This document shows, in pieces, positions 24,461 through 38,224 of a stretch of DNA of 64,000 nt. The first letter of the stretch is position 1. Every line of letters begins with the position of its first letter. A program made the position numbers and the translations under genes. A model generated the notes under the pieces. It ran no database searches and had not been told where the DNA came from. It worked only from the letters and a program-made list of their open reading frames with translations. The DNA comes from Vicugna vicugna (taxonomy: Eukaryota): the NCBI GenBank assembly GCA_013265495.1, contig MU058423.1, positions 4,448,793-4,512,792 of the forward strand, read 5' to 3'.

Positions 24461-27400
24461 GATCAAATTCAAATGTAAAGGAATTGAAATGTTAAATGGC
24501 CTCATCTTTTGGCTATATTTGTGGTGATCTGGTGACTCTGGAGTTTCAATTTGATAACTTTTGACATTATGGTATATACATTAAGATTTCTGTTATGTCT
24601 AGTATTTGTAAGTAATATTGTTTGTTCAGTACTTGATGATTAAGATCTCAGTAATTTTTTTGAAGGGGCTTGGACAGGACATCTTTGTTCACCCCAATCT
24701 GTAGAAAATAACTTATCCTCCAATGTCTAACTCAATACTTTCACTGAGATTATTTTCCCACAAAGAATTAATTGTTTCTTCCTCTTTAAAGTATTTTTTT
24801 CTATGCAGCTAATGTAACATCTAACACTTTTCATGGGTATTTGGATTGACATATAAAATGTGTGTTGTAGGTGTTTGACTTTATGTTCAATATTTAGCAT
24901 ATACTTCCCTAGTATTGTCTGGATCCTTGAGATACACTTTTATTACATTAATGAAAAAATTATTAAATTTACTTTACATTGAGAAAACTAAGCAAAAAAA
25001 TGAGAGGTACAAAGAATATTAGAAATCATCTACTATAAACTTCTTAGTTCATAAATTTTAAAACTGAGGCCTACAGAGTTGAATTTTTTCCTAACCTTAC
25101 ACAACTAATTACTAGCAAAATTAGAATGAAAACACAGCTCTTCATTCAGCTACACTAGGTTATGACTTTAAGGAGGTGTTTCCTCAGATTAAACCATATG
25201 TGAGGTACTTCTGCTTTGAGAATAGAGAGAACTCATGTACCCAAGAAGGGTGCCCTCCTTATCCTCCATAAAGTGGTGCAGATTCTCTGTCTTGATGTCT
25301 CATTTGGTGAAAACTGCCTTGGTTTTGCAACTCTAAAGGGAGAATGTCATTCTGAACATGTGTCATGTAATGGCATGCTCTCTCTTTTGTGTTTGAAATA
25401 TTTAAACTGGCATACAAAAATTCTTTTATGTTGGAGATGTTTAAAAATAAGATATTTAAATCATAATTATGGGTCTGTTTTGGATGTTTCCAGTGTGATT
25501 CACAGGTTTGATCAGCTTTCTTGGTGAGATTATGCATTTTCTTTTATTTTAGAGTATTGCATCATTTGTGTGTGTGTGTGGTTTAGGGTATAGTTATAGT
25601 TGGAAGTCTGTGTTATTTCCACATGTGTTATCTGAGATCCATGTAATCCTGGTGTTCAGCTTTTGTAATGATAGTGGATTCTGAGGAAGACAGTTTTGAC
25701 CCTGAGTAGGAACCATAATAACAAGAGACTGATAATGCTTTGGCCCAGGTGGGGACTTGTTGATTGCTTGAAGGTCTGTGTCCTTAATGTATCAAGAACC
25801 TTTAAGGGGAAAATAAATGTACTTCTGAGGATCCGCATGTCTAAATCACAGTAATATCTCACCTGGTAACAGACTGATGGTGGAACATGGATGCAGAAAA
25901 GGCTAATATGAGAGAGGATTATAATTGAGATTACAACAGTAGACGGATTAGCTATATGAATCTTCATGGAAATTTACTCTTTTGAACAGAAGTTGAGGCA
26001 TGCATTATTTACTAAGCTGCTGGTGTGAATCACAGGTTTTTTTCCTTAAATCTGTAAACTGGATAGGACTCTTGGAAGCCTCATCAAGAGCACTTATACT
26101 ACAAGGATTTTGGGTGTGGGTACCAGTCATGCTCTCCTGCAGTGTTTAATTGTTGAGATTTTAAGAAGGAGGCAGATAGACACGTCGTCCTTCTGCGTTG
26201 CCCCTGACCTCTGAGACATTCAGGAGAGAACTGAATCCCTACATTTATTCCAGGGCAGGTCATCGACCTAATTTTCATCATAGGCTTCCTTTCTCTTCTT
26301 TTGTAGTTTTGCTACATTATTACCAACACATTTAAGAAATATTTTTGTACAACGTGTCAGCAATATATTTCAAGTACAGCTTTTATTAAATATTTACAAA
26401 AATACAAACATTTTATTTTTTTATACACAGTTATTAGACATTTTTTCTTGGTATATATTGAAATGATACATTTAAAAAAAATTATGAGACTTAAACTTGT
26501 ACTAATGCTCTTGAAGGAGAGCGATTAAAACTCATATTCCAACTATAAGACTGACATATTTTATGTTTCTTAATTATCTTTAAAGTTCCCAATTGCATTA
26601 CTGTTGAAAAGACTCAATTTACTGTGTGCCAGTGAAAGAATGAAAGAACTTCCCAGACAACTGCTATTTCAGATGAGAAAGTATTTCATTCCTTTGTGCT
26701 GTCAGAATATAAAACTTTCATGTGAAGGGCGTTTTTCACCTTCTTTTGTTCTACTCAAAGTCATGGCATCATTTGGGTCAAGACTGACATTCAACAAAAG
26801 CATAAAAAACTAATTTAATGAAATTTTCCAGTATATAGATTTTCTGTGTTTATTAATTGGCACTTTTTTAGGTCTTCGTCTCTCAAAAATATCTTACGCT
26901 ATATGAAAGCAGTCTTAAAACTAGCTTGACAAAGCTGATCAATCTCTTAAGGTTTTACTAGCCTGCTGATATTTTTATAAACCTTCCCCTACACTTCCTG
27001 TTCTTTCACCAAAGGGTCACTTCATTCAAAATCTTATTTTGTACCCTCCATGACCCTTTCCACTATGTGCCGTTTGGAACTCCTAGGGAGTTTGATGAAT
27101 TGGTGGTAGCCCGGAGGAATGGCTGCTGGATTCGCTCTTCATCTGAAACGGCTCTGTAACAGAAAGCCTACCTCCTTATAAATTTACATTTGGGTCTTTT
27201 TCAATCTTCTGCAAATCACATTGACTATAAACCTACTTACGTTTTCATTATACAATTTTTTTTTGCATTTGTTTTTTGGCTATGCTGTCTTATCTTTTTT
27301 GGATGGCAGTACAGAGATTTGTTTCAGTCACAAGTCTAGGTTCTTGACACATTATCATCAGTCCCCATTTTATTGTATTTTAATTAATTATCCCTTTCTT

Positions 27401-28799
27401 CAACAATCGGTAGTCCCTTTCCTCTTTTGCCCTCTCCTCTACCAAACACACTGTATTTTGTTTAAGACGTGTATATTTGTATGTTCTATCCTGGTGGAAT
27501 AGTGTTTTGAATCTTTAAAAAAAAATGTTTATGTAAATGGTATTTTACTATAGATTATAGTTCTCTTTTGCTTCTTACACTCTTTAAAACGCAGGAATAT
27601 ATTCACACCCATCCATGTTTATCAATGCATGTCTAATTCATTACTTCTGACTGCTACGTGATATTTCATAATGTGTGTCTACTGTATTTATTCACTCTTT
27701 CAACAATAGACGACAAAGTTGCCTGCTGTTTGCACCAACACCATCATGACCCCTCTGGTGCTGAGCAGTGGAGGCGGGGGAGGTGGGACTGTGGGTGGAG
27801 GAAATGTCCAGGAGCCAGAAAGTCTGCCTACACCTGTTGTCTGTCCTCCATACCACATATGGATTTGAATTCTGTTTTTCCACTATCATCTCTGGTGCCT
27901 GCCAGGGTTGCCTTTCCTGTTTAACACTGAAGAAGAGGCCAACAGCAATCTACCTAGGGATTCATTTTTGTTATTGTTAATTTTTCATGAGAAACCTTAT
28001 TTCACTTCTATGACCTATCAAGCACTGAATTTCATTAAAGGGAGGTAGCAGCCTGTGTTCTTAGTGTTTTTAGGAACCAGGAATCCATCATTCTTTTTAG
28101 AAGACAAATTATTTTTTTATAATGTGAACATGAGTTTAGACATTTGGGAGATATGGACTTGAAAATGTATTTTTACCTGGCAATTTTAACATGCATAGTG
28201 TTGAACTGGTTTCTACTGTAAATAAACATTAGAGCTATTAAGCACGAAGAACCGTAACTCTCACAGGAAGAATTAATGGCTGTACAAATGATCACAGATT
28301 TATTTGAAGTAATGAGGGAAAAAAATGACTCTGGGAAAGATTTCTCAAAATTATAGCAGCAATATATTTTCTGGTCATGTTCTCACCTTCCAAGCAAATT
28401 TTGATCTTTGTGATCTCTTTTATCTCTTTGATCTCATACTTTGAAACAGCTCCCTTTTCTTGGTGGAGGGAACAGGACTTGACATACAAGCACTCACCTT
28501 TCTCTGCTCTGTGAACTCAGACACCTACCTGGACACTACCTAGAGTCTAACACTGGAAAACAAAACAAAATAGAAACAAAATAAAAACAAACAATAAACA
28601 ATGAAATACCTTCCTTGAACCCATAGCTCACCCTGATTTACTGTCTTGTATCCTTCACAGCCAGTTATCTTCAGAGATGTCTTCCCTTCCCTTTGTGACC
28701 TCTCCTTAACATTCCGCTTGAAACTGTGTCACCCTACAGGGCCAAATTCAAAACTTTTTATTCTTTGCTCAACATTTTCTCATGTCAGCAAAATGACAT

Positions 28800-29872
28800 T
28801 AATGATTTCTTTCACCTCGAAACACTCTCCGTTAACACTGTCTTGTTCAGTTTCTAACTCTCTAGGAAATTCTTGTCTCCTTTGTCTCATAACACATTCA
28901 ACTCAGAAATGTCGTCTTCTCTTGTCACTCTACTCTCTCTCCCTAATCAATTTCTTAACTTCATTTACCATGTATCTCATTGCCAGAAATTTTCAAATCC
29001 CTATCTCCAGTCTGGATATCATGCCTAACTCCATATATCCACTATGTATTAATTCTCATCTTGGATAGTTCGTAGGCACCTGAAATTAACTCAGATCTCT
29101 CCAGTCCCCTACTCCCATCCACCAATCCCTCTCTCTCATTCCCCACCTTTCAGTGTTCTGTGATGTTCCATTTTGGTACAGCCATTTATCCAATCGTACA
29201 GTTTAGACGTGGATGAGCTGTCCTTTAAGCTGTCCTTTCCTTTTCCAATCCTGGTATGTAATTAGTCACCAGAGCTTATCAATTATATTTCCAAGATATA
29301 CTTAAATATATCCACATTTCCCTACTTCCACACTTTAATTCTTGCCACCTTTCTATTCAGTCTGCACACAGTGACCAGAGTGAATTCAATAAATCCTCAA
29401 TCAAATTTTTAAATGCCTTCAACGGTATCAAGGTCTCTGTAATACCGTGACACTCTCCATGGACTGAGCCCTGCCTCCCACACTTACAGTTCTGCTCATC
29501 ACCCTCTGCTGTTGTCAGACTCAATGTCTTTCAGTCCTTGTGCTTGCCCACCTCTCTCCCTGCCATCCTGTTTCCCTCTGCCTGGAATACTCTTCTATAT
29601 CATACTCTCCCACTTCACTCGAATAATTCTCACTCGCCCTTTAGCACTTGGCTTAAACTTTACCTCCCCAGAGTAGGTGAGAATCCCTTTTTGAGGGGCT
29701 TATTTAGAACCTTGTATTTCTCCTTTTATAACATTTTTTAAGCTTGTGATTATTTGTCTATTAACTCTCCATGCTACAATGTGTGCTCCAAGCAGGCAAA
29801 GTAATTATCTTATTCTCTTGGCAGGGTGTCTGGCACTATAGGCACTGTGACGTATTTGATGAATAAATGAAT
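28800..29872 (+). mobile_element. L2 LINE 3' region
   Basis: caaatccctatctccag...ggcacctgaaattaac...gtgaccagagtga...ctctgcctggaatactctt...atttgatgaataaatgaatg. Confidence 0.8.
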
Positions 29873-30089
29873 GGCTGCTCGAAGAAAGAAACTTATCTTC
29901 TGAAATTCACTCATGTGTAATAATCTCCTCCAGAAAGCCTTTCTGTACTTTCTGTTTTGGCTAAGTTCTCCTTCTCTTTATACTTTTGTATTCTAACTGT
30001 GACTCCATACTCACCTATTACTAAATTAGGGTGAAAGTGTCTGCTTTAGGATCTGCTATCACTGAACTCTGTTTCAGAATTTGTAGTAT

Positions 30090-30278
30090 CAGTTGGAACA
30101 GGACAGCCTTGGCTTGAATCCCAGCTCTGCTAGCAAATAGCTATGTCAAGTTGGATAATCTCTGCCTCAGTTTCCTCCTCCATAGAAAGGAGACAGTAAT
30201 GCTCACATTGCAGTCTGTTGTTTGGATTAAATGACAACACACATCATAAATGTTCAATAAATATTAGGTGTCATTATT
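30090..30278 (+). mobile_element. MIR SINE
   Basis: ttgaatcccagctctgcta...ctctgcctcagtttcctcctc...ggattaaatga. Confidence 0.8.
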
Positions 30279-30439
30279 ACCAATTTTGTGTGTTGTTTTG
30301 TATATTCTGCATTGTTTTGCTGTGAGTGAGAAGGCAAATTGCCTAAGGCAGTAGAGAGAGAAACAAAATTGCAATTTAAATTAATCCCTTCATTCTTTTG
30401 TATAAAATATGTATTTGAGTGCCCATTTCTAAATTCAAT

Positions 30440-30975
30440 CCAATTCATTTTCCATCCACATTGCACAGAAATAAATTGAAAAAAAATGCAGGTTTTCTTT
30501 TGCTACTTCCCCGATCAAAAATTCCCCAATGATTCCTTAACACTTTTAGGAAAAAAATACAAAAACTTTAGCATGGAGTGAAATGGTCTATGTTAACCTT
30601 TCCTGACTTGCCTCCTCAAATTTTTTGTTCCATCCTATTAACCTCTCTTGTTTCAGGCATATTTATCTGCCACTGAGAGAGGGAGGGAGAGAGAGGGAGG
30701 GAGAGAGAGAAAGAGAAGAAAGAAGAAAAGACGGCCAATGCTCTTTTCTCTGTCAGGCACCAGATCCCTACATGATCAAATTTTACTTCCTCTTCAAAAA
30801 CTTTCTGAGACGTTTCTCCCCATCTCCTCCCTACTCCAAAAAGAATTACATTCTCTCTCTTCTCAATTCTCATGGCATCTTGTGACACCTATATTATGAC
30901 ACTTGTCATATTTTATTATAATCACTTATGAGTCTATTTCTCCACTGGATTATGAGCTCCTTGAGGGCAGGGATT
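30440..30975 (+). mobile_element. L2 LINE fragment
   Basis: atccaattcattttcc...ctccactggattatgagctccttgagggcaggga. Confidence 0.6.
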
Positions 30976-31135
30976 TTGTAGAGCATAGCAGTTCAGATGC
31001 AGACCTTGCATTTTAATTCTAGCTTCATCTCTTCTAGGCTCTGTGATCTTGAGACAGTCTAGTTTGGCCTCTCTAGGAAGTGGAGATAATGTTAAATAAG
31101 TGCCTAAGACATAAAAGAGCTCAATAGATGCTAGC

Positions 31136-31180
31136 TATTATTATTACTATTATTATTATTAGTAGTAGTAGTAGTGGTAG
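31136..31180. repeat. Compound (TAT)n(TAG)n microsatellite at a MIR tail
   Basis: Directly visible in the sequence. Confidence 0.9.
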
Positions 31181-31737
31181 TTATGGTTATATAACACACT
31201 GGTGCACAGCAGTCTCAAAAACCTAGTGGCTTATACCAACAACCAAGTCACCATGTTACAATTTTGTAGGTCAGAAATCCAAGCAGGGTTTGCCTGAACA
31301 ATTTTCTACTCCCTGAAGCATTGACTAAGACCAGCTACTCCGGACGATCCAAGACAGCTTCATTCAACATCAGGTGCTTTGGTGAGAAGGGTAGGAAGAC
31401 CGAGCTTGGTTGACAGAGTGCCTACACATAGTGTCTCCATCTGGCAGTCTCAGGGTAGACAGACTTCCTACAGGTTGGCTGGCTTCCCCGAGAGCAAGAG
31501 TTTCAAAAGAACTGGGCAGAAGACGCATGGCCTCCAATGAACTAGCCTCAAAATCCATGCGCTTTCTTTTCTACTACATTCCAGTTGCTTATGAGCAAGT
31601 TCTAAGACTAACCCAGTTGAAGAGGGGAAGAATCAGACTCCACCTCCTGGTAGAGCAGCAGCCAGCTCATGTTGTAGAAGCGCCTGTGGAATGGGAGATA
31701 CTACTGCTGTCATTGCTGGAAAATGCAGCCCACAACA
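31181..31737 (-). mobile_element. MaLR LTR (MLT1F/G-like)
   Basis: caaaacctagtggctta...cagggtagacagacttcct...tcagactccacctcctggtag; accounts for ORF 31410-31796. Confidence 0.75.
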
Positions 31738-32086
31738 GTATTATTCAGTGTCTAAAAGAGTGCCAGACACTCAATCAATATTTGAAGATTGGATGAATGA
31801 GAGATTCGAGGGGAAGGAAAAAAAGTAGAACACAATCTTTGCTCTTCAGGATATTTTAACTCTGTCCTCACTAGCTGCTGAGAATCAGAGACAGTCACAG
31901 TCTAAGTCTGTGCGAAACTGAAGAAGTGGGCTCCATTCTTCTTTTTCTTTTTATCTTCTAAAATAAATCTCAGTGCATAATGTTTTGAAACTGGAAATGG
32001 AAGTGTTTGTTTTCACAGACTGACATCCAGTTCTCACTTTCCCTCTGCACCCCCTCCCCCACATATCTACCATGTTAGAAAATTTG

Positions 32087-32578
32087 TTTTTTAAAAATTG
32101 AAGTGTAGTCTATTTACAATGTTGTGTTAATTTCTGGTGTACAGCATAGTGATTCAGTTATGCATATATATATATTCCTTTTCATGTTCTTTTTCATTAT
32201 AGGCTATTACAAGATATTGACTATAGTTCCCTGTGCTAGGCAGTAGGACCTGCTTGTTTATCTATTTTATATATAGTAGTTAGTATCTACAAATCCTAAC
32301 CCCCAATTTATCCCTCTTCATCTCCTTTCCCCCCGGTAACCATAAGTTTGTTTTCTATGTCTATAAGTCTGTTTCTGTTTTATAAATAGGTTCGTTTGTA
32401 TCCTTTTATTTTAGGTTCCATATATAAGTGATATCATATAGTTTTTCTCTTTCTGGCTTACTTTACTTAGTATGATGATCTCCACATCTGTCCATGTTGC
32501 TGCAAGTGGCATTATTTTATTCTTTTTTATAGCTGAGTAGTACTCCTATATATATCACAACTTCTTTATCCAGTCATT
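32087..32578 (-). mobile_element. L1 3' UTR and tail (non-inverted part of a twin-primed artiodactyl-type L1)
   Basis: ttttttaaaaattgaagtgtagtctatttacaatgttgtgtt...cttctttatccagtcatt. Confidence 0.9.
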
Positions 32579-33720
32579 AATATTGTTAAAATGTCTATAC
32601 TATCCAAAGCAATCTACAGATTTAATACGATCCCTATCAAATTACCCAGGGCATTTTTCGTAGAACTAGAACCAATCATCCTAAAATCTATATGGAGTCA
32701 CAGAAGACCCAGCATTGCCAAAGTAATACTGAAGAAAAAGAACGAAGCTGGAGGAATAACCTTCCTAGACTTCAGACAATTCTACAAAGCTACTTTGTAG
32801 CTTTGCTATTGATGTTTGACAAAGGAGGCAAGAATATACAATGGAGAGAAGACAGTCTCTTTGGCAAGTGGTGTTGGGAAAACTGGACAGCCACATGAAA
32901 TCAATGAAATTAGAACACTCCCTCACATCTTACACAAAAATAAACTCAGAACGGCTTAAAGACTTAAGCATAAGATAAGACACCATAAGCCTGCTAAAAC
33001 AGTACATAGGCAAAACAATCTCTGATATAAATTGTAGCAATGTTTTCTTAGGTCAGTCTAACCAGGCAATAGAAATAAAAGCTTAAATAAACAAATTAAA
33101 CTTTTAAGCTTTTGCACAGAAAAGGAAACCATAAATGAAACAAAAAGACAACTGACAGAATAGGAAAAAATATTTTCAAACGACACAACTGACAAGGGCT
33201 TAATTTCCAGAATATACAAACAGCTCATACAACTCAGTAACAAAAATAAACAAACAACCCAATCAAAAAATGGGCAGAAGACCTAAGCAAACATTTCTCC
33301 AATAAAGAGATTCAAATGGCCATTAGGCATGTGAAAAAATGCTCAATAAAGCTATTTATCAGAGAAATGTAAATCAAAACTACAGTGAGTTATCACCTCA
33401 CACTGTCAGGATAGCCAACATTAAAAAGTCCACAAACGATAAATACTGGAGAGGGCATGGGGAAAAGGGAACCCTCCTGCACTGTTGATGGGAATGTATG
33501 AATGTAATGTTGTGCAGCTGCTATGGAGGACAGTATAGAGATTCCTTAAAAACTAAAAATGGACTTACCCAATAATCCAGCAATTCCACTCCTGGGCATT
33601 TATCTGGAAGAAACTTTAATTAAAAAAGATACATGCACCCAATGCTCATAGCAGCACTATTTACAATAGCCAAGATATGGAAGCAACCTAAGTGTTCATC
33701 AAAAGATGACTGAATAAAGA
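32579..33720 (+). mobile_element. L1 ORF2 3' region (inverted part of the same insertion)
   Basis: ORF2 peptides [19 protein letters not shown] and [24 protein letters not shown]; ends gatgactgaataaaga. Confidence 0.93.
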
Positions 33721-36127
33721 CATTTAATTAAGTTTTGTATCAATTGTCTTACTAATTCAACACTAAGAGATAAAGTCTTTCTTTTATAGGGAAAATCATA
33801 GGGAGTTTTATGATAAAGCACTTACTATTTAATTATCTCTATGAAAGTGAACTATAATTTTAAGATAATAGTTAAACTTGTAAGTATCATCAAATGTTCA
33901 TAAGTCCAAAATTATTGTTTCAAATGAATGAAAACTAAAAATCAATTGATTGAAAAATCTCTGATAAATATAGTTAGTATGAAGAAAAAAAAATCCCTTA
34001 GAACAACAACAACAAAAAACCTTGTGCCTGTTTATGGAATCCCCACCCATGTACCCAAGTGATCTTTAGGCTCTGCTTTCTGATGGGGATGCAGCCATAT
34101 TGGAAAGTATATTATATTTTCTAAACTCATAGTTATTATATACAAAATATTATTGAATCTGGAATTTAAAAAAAATTTAATGACAACAGCAACAATAGGA
34201 AATACTTATCCAAAGGTACAGAGTACATGATAAAAGGCATAATCAAGTAATGGCAGAGCAACCTAAACTCTAACAAGACAAAAAAGAATTCTTTCCCAAA
34301 TTAAGAATGGTGTATCGTGCCAATGAAAACAAGCTCCAGTTTCACTATTTACATGCATCGGTTAGTTGAATCTTCATTAAAATTTGCAATGTCTTGCTGA
34401 GCTGTGGATAAGCCAAGACTCTAAATTCAAGATTTTCCTTTCTCCTGGATCACAGCCCAGATCACTGAAGTGGAGAGTTGCATTTATTACAATTCAACAG
34501 CACCTAAGGGACTTAGAGAAAGAATATGCATTGATTTACTGTGACTATTGACTACTGTGATTTGGCAGAAACCAAGGGGCACAGAAAATTATACTTTCTT
34601 TCTTAACATCTATTCAAGCAACTGCAGGGGCAAATAAACCAGTTCAGCTGTGTGAGATTTAGTGTTATGTTTTGTTTAGTTATTTGTTCTGAGATTTAAT
34701 CTCTGAATTTATCATTTAAACTATATGTTGATGAGAATATACATGCTTGACCTTTCTACTGATTACATCTAATTATGTTTAAATATAAATGAGTATAAAC
34801 AATCCCTGAATGAAACGTATTCAAACAAACAAACAAAAAATGGGTATAACTGGTTCCTGAATGAGGTGTGGTCAAACATTCCTGAGTCCTTGAGATTTAA
34901 GCAAGTAGACATAACTCTTCAGTAGAGATTCGAAAGCAACTCAGCTAGCTAGCTATTTAGTAGAAGTATTGGCTATGCAATAAAGGTTGAAGAGATTCTT
35001 AATTTCTACTCATTTGTCTTTGAACTTTCCCCCAGGGTTAATATGCATGGAATCCCTGTCCTCCCTCCTGCCTGGGAGCAGACACCCGACAGTGTCCATC
35101 AGGCATCTCATCATTAAATCTGAAGAGCAATGAGCATTAGTTTGGTCTCAAAAAATTATCTCCATTTATTTTCTTTTTTGTTATTGTTAATTGTTTAGTT
35201 TTTCCAAAGCCTGGACTTTATCCTTAATATACAAAGAACTATTCATTAACTCATAAATATATTAATTTGACTATGCATTTAGTAAACATTACTAACTTCT
35301 GTCATGTGCCAGGCATTCTGGAAGATATAATCATTACTCTGAGTGTCAAATTATAAACAAAAGAAAATCATTAGACTTCAGTTGCTTACGTTGGGGGAGA
35401 CAAGTAATTATAGGCAATTATATTGTGCTGCATGTGATAAATATACAATATATACGCTTGAGCCCATGCATTACGGCATGGAAGCCCAGAAGAGAGGGAC
35501 GCCCACTCTTTCCCTGGAGAGTTATAAATGTTCTTGGAGAAGGTGATAATACGCGGGAAGGAAATACGCTTTGTTGTTATTTTCTGTTTTACTTTTAATC
35601 AGAAAGTATGCATGGCTTAATGGAAATAATCTTCATTTCTCCATCATTCTTTAACATTAGTTTGCAAACTTCCCACCTCTTCATCATCAGCGTTGGAAGA
35701 AAATATGTACAAATTATATACGGGTTTGTCTGCTATGCAGCATAATTTGATTTTTGACATTTTAGAAGTTAGTCACTTGCAGCTGAGCTAAAGGTGAGAA
35801 TGGAGGGGAAAGCTGTAAAAGAAATCACAATAGCTTTTTTTTTTTTTAATCACCATTTAACTCATTGGTTCTATAGTGACAGAACAGGAAATTAGGTCAT
35901 TCTACACCATTTGTTTTATTGGCAAGATCTTCCTTAAAGGCAATTCCTTAGGTGGCTCTTCTTTCAACAAAACAGTCCCCAAGGCACTTTCTATTAACAT
36001 ATCTTTCCTGATGGTGATACTGGTTGTTGTTATAAAATGTTTTATATTTATTTTTCCATTTATGCATTTGATGAATATTTATTAAGAATTACCAGTCAGG
36101 CACCATTTAGCTGCTTGCGATACGTGC

Positions 36128-36326
36128 AGGAGTGTGCTAGTAAATGTTTTATAATGGCTGGGGCGGGGAAGGGGCTGATGTGTCGCACTTGCTGTTTCCT
36201 CTGGTGTAAATACCCCCGTGATGGATGATTTCCAGTTACCAACAGGATCTCATTGAGTGGGGAGTTGGGAAAAGTACAGGATCCACTCTTGTGCGCTTCT
36301 GAGAGCTGACTTTAGTATACCACTGT
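36128..36326. mobile_element. hAT (Tip100/Arthur-like) MITE
   Basis: gtgtgctagtaaatgttt...ttaccaac...ggagttgggaa...tagtataccactg; degenerate terminal inverted repeats. Confidence 0.5.
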
Positions 36327-37727
36327 GTACACCAGTAAACAAAATACGTGAAAAGCATGCCCTCACGGAGCTAACGTACATTATATTATTCAATCCTTGG
36401 GTCATTGCCATTCTCTTCTGAAGTACTGATGGCCACTTATTAGGAAGCACAATCAGAGACGATAAGCAACTTGAATTCACTTGCCCAGCTAAGAAGGTGT
36501 TAGAGCCAGGACTCACATCCAGAGTTGTGATGACTATGCTTGTCATGTTGTGTAACCAGTTCCTCATGATCACTCATTGCTGTGTTTGAAAACTTCAGCC
36601 AGCATTAAAAAGAAGGAGAAGGAGAAGAAGAAATAGAATTTAAAAAATCAGAGTGCATTCTTCAGTATACGGGGTATGTATTGTTTGTGAAACTTTAATT
36701 TCAATTATGAGTGCATGTTGGATCACAAATTAAAATTTACTTCTTCCTGTAGACTGTTGTCAAAGCAACTTTGGAAAACAGCTTTATTGACATAGGCCTC
36801 CCAGAATTGCTCTTTAATTGATGTGTGGTTTAGGGGAAATGCCCAAAGGGTGTGATTATTTGGCACCCTAGTGAATTTGGTGTCATCTCATGGGAAAGCC
36901 TTGGAAAGACAAATGCTCACTTGAGTTCAAAGGGGTAGCCTTTGTTCTACCTTGAATCCAAATTTAGGCCTTATTTATGTCTCCAGTTACTGCCCGAAGA
37001 CCTCTCAGAGAACAGTTACGGAAAATGAGCCAAAGCCTCGGAGATAAGAACATTGTAGGCGTTAACACATACTGCCCACTTTGGTTGTTGATGTTGTTGT
37101 AACTGCCTGTTTTTCTTCAGTGGTTAGCAGTCAAAATATTTAAAGAAAGGTTGAGGCAGCAAGGAAGAGGAGAGGCTGTCAAGACCAAATCCACGACAAG
37201 GCAAGTTTTGAGGAAGGAAGAGTAGAGTGAGCAAGGAATCTGGAAAAGAGAAAACAAGAGCATGGCCGAGCTCTGCAGTCAGCAGGGGTGAAGCAGAAGC
37301 GAGGCCTGAGGCTGAGCCTGACTCCACATCATCTACTCTTTGATCCACAGTTGGCTTGACTATGAACTCCCTTTGTGACTCTACCTGACCAATTTGGATG
37401 TAAAGTGAACACCCAATCAACTGATTTTTTTAGACTATTCTGATTGTAAATCTATGAAGGACAGAAACTTGATCTGTTTTTCCTCCCACAATCTCTTCAA
37501 TTCCAAGTTATTATTAGCTGCTCCATAAATAATTATTGATTAAATAATCATATATCTGAATAAATATAAGGAAAGGAAAACTTCAGAAACTTTGAATTTG
37601 TATTTTTTAGTATATCCTTGGACTGAGAATTTCTTAATGATAATGGAATACTAATTTCTTTGATCTTTTTCTGGTTTATTATTTGCTAATTGTGGTTATA
37701 AGATTTTAAAAACACAAAACTGAGACA

Positions 37728-38224
37728 ACAGTTTTCTATGGCTACTGTAAGAAGCCATCACAAATTTTGTGGTTAAAAAACAGCACACATATATCATTTT
37801 ACAGTTCTGGAGTTCAGAAGTATAGATTTCACTGGGCCAAAATGGAAGTCAGCAGAATTGCATTCCTTTCTATAAACCAGGTGGAGCGTCTGTTTTCTTG
37901 CCTTTTCTAGTTCCTAAAGGCTGCCTGCTCTCCTTGGCTTGTTGCTCCCCTCCACCATCACAGCCAGCAATGGCCAACTGAATTCTTCTCATGCCACATC
38001 ACTCTGCTGCTTGCTGTTCTGCCTTCCTTGTCCACATTTAAGGACTTTATGGTTTCAGTGGGCCTGCCTGGATAATCCAGGATAATCTCCCCATCTCAGG
38101 TCAGCTGATTAGCAACCTTAATTCCGTTGGCTTCCACAATTCCCTTTTTCCTTGTCACAGCATATTGACAGATTCAGGGGATTAGAGTGTAGGCATCTTT
38201 GTGGGGCCATTGTTCTACCTACCA
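37728..38224 (-). mobile_element. MaLR LTR (MLT1C/D-like)
   Basis: acagttctggagttcagaag...cctggataatccaggataatctccccatctcagg...ggggccattgttctacctacca. Confidence 0.88.

Noticed and set aside
28646..29068. 140-aa ORF
   Set aside because: Pyrimidine-rich sequence overlapping decayed L2; composition-driven
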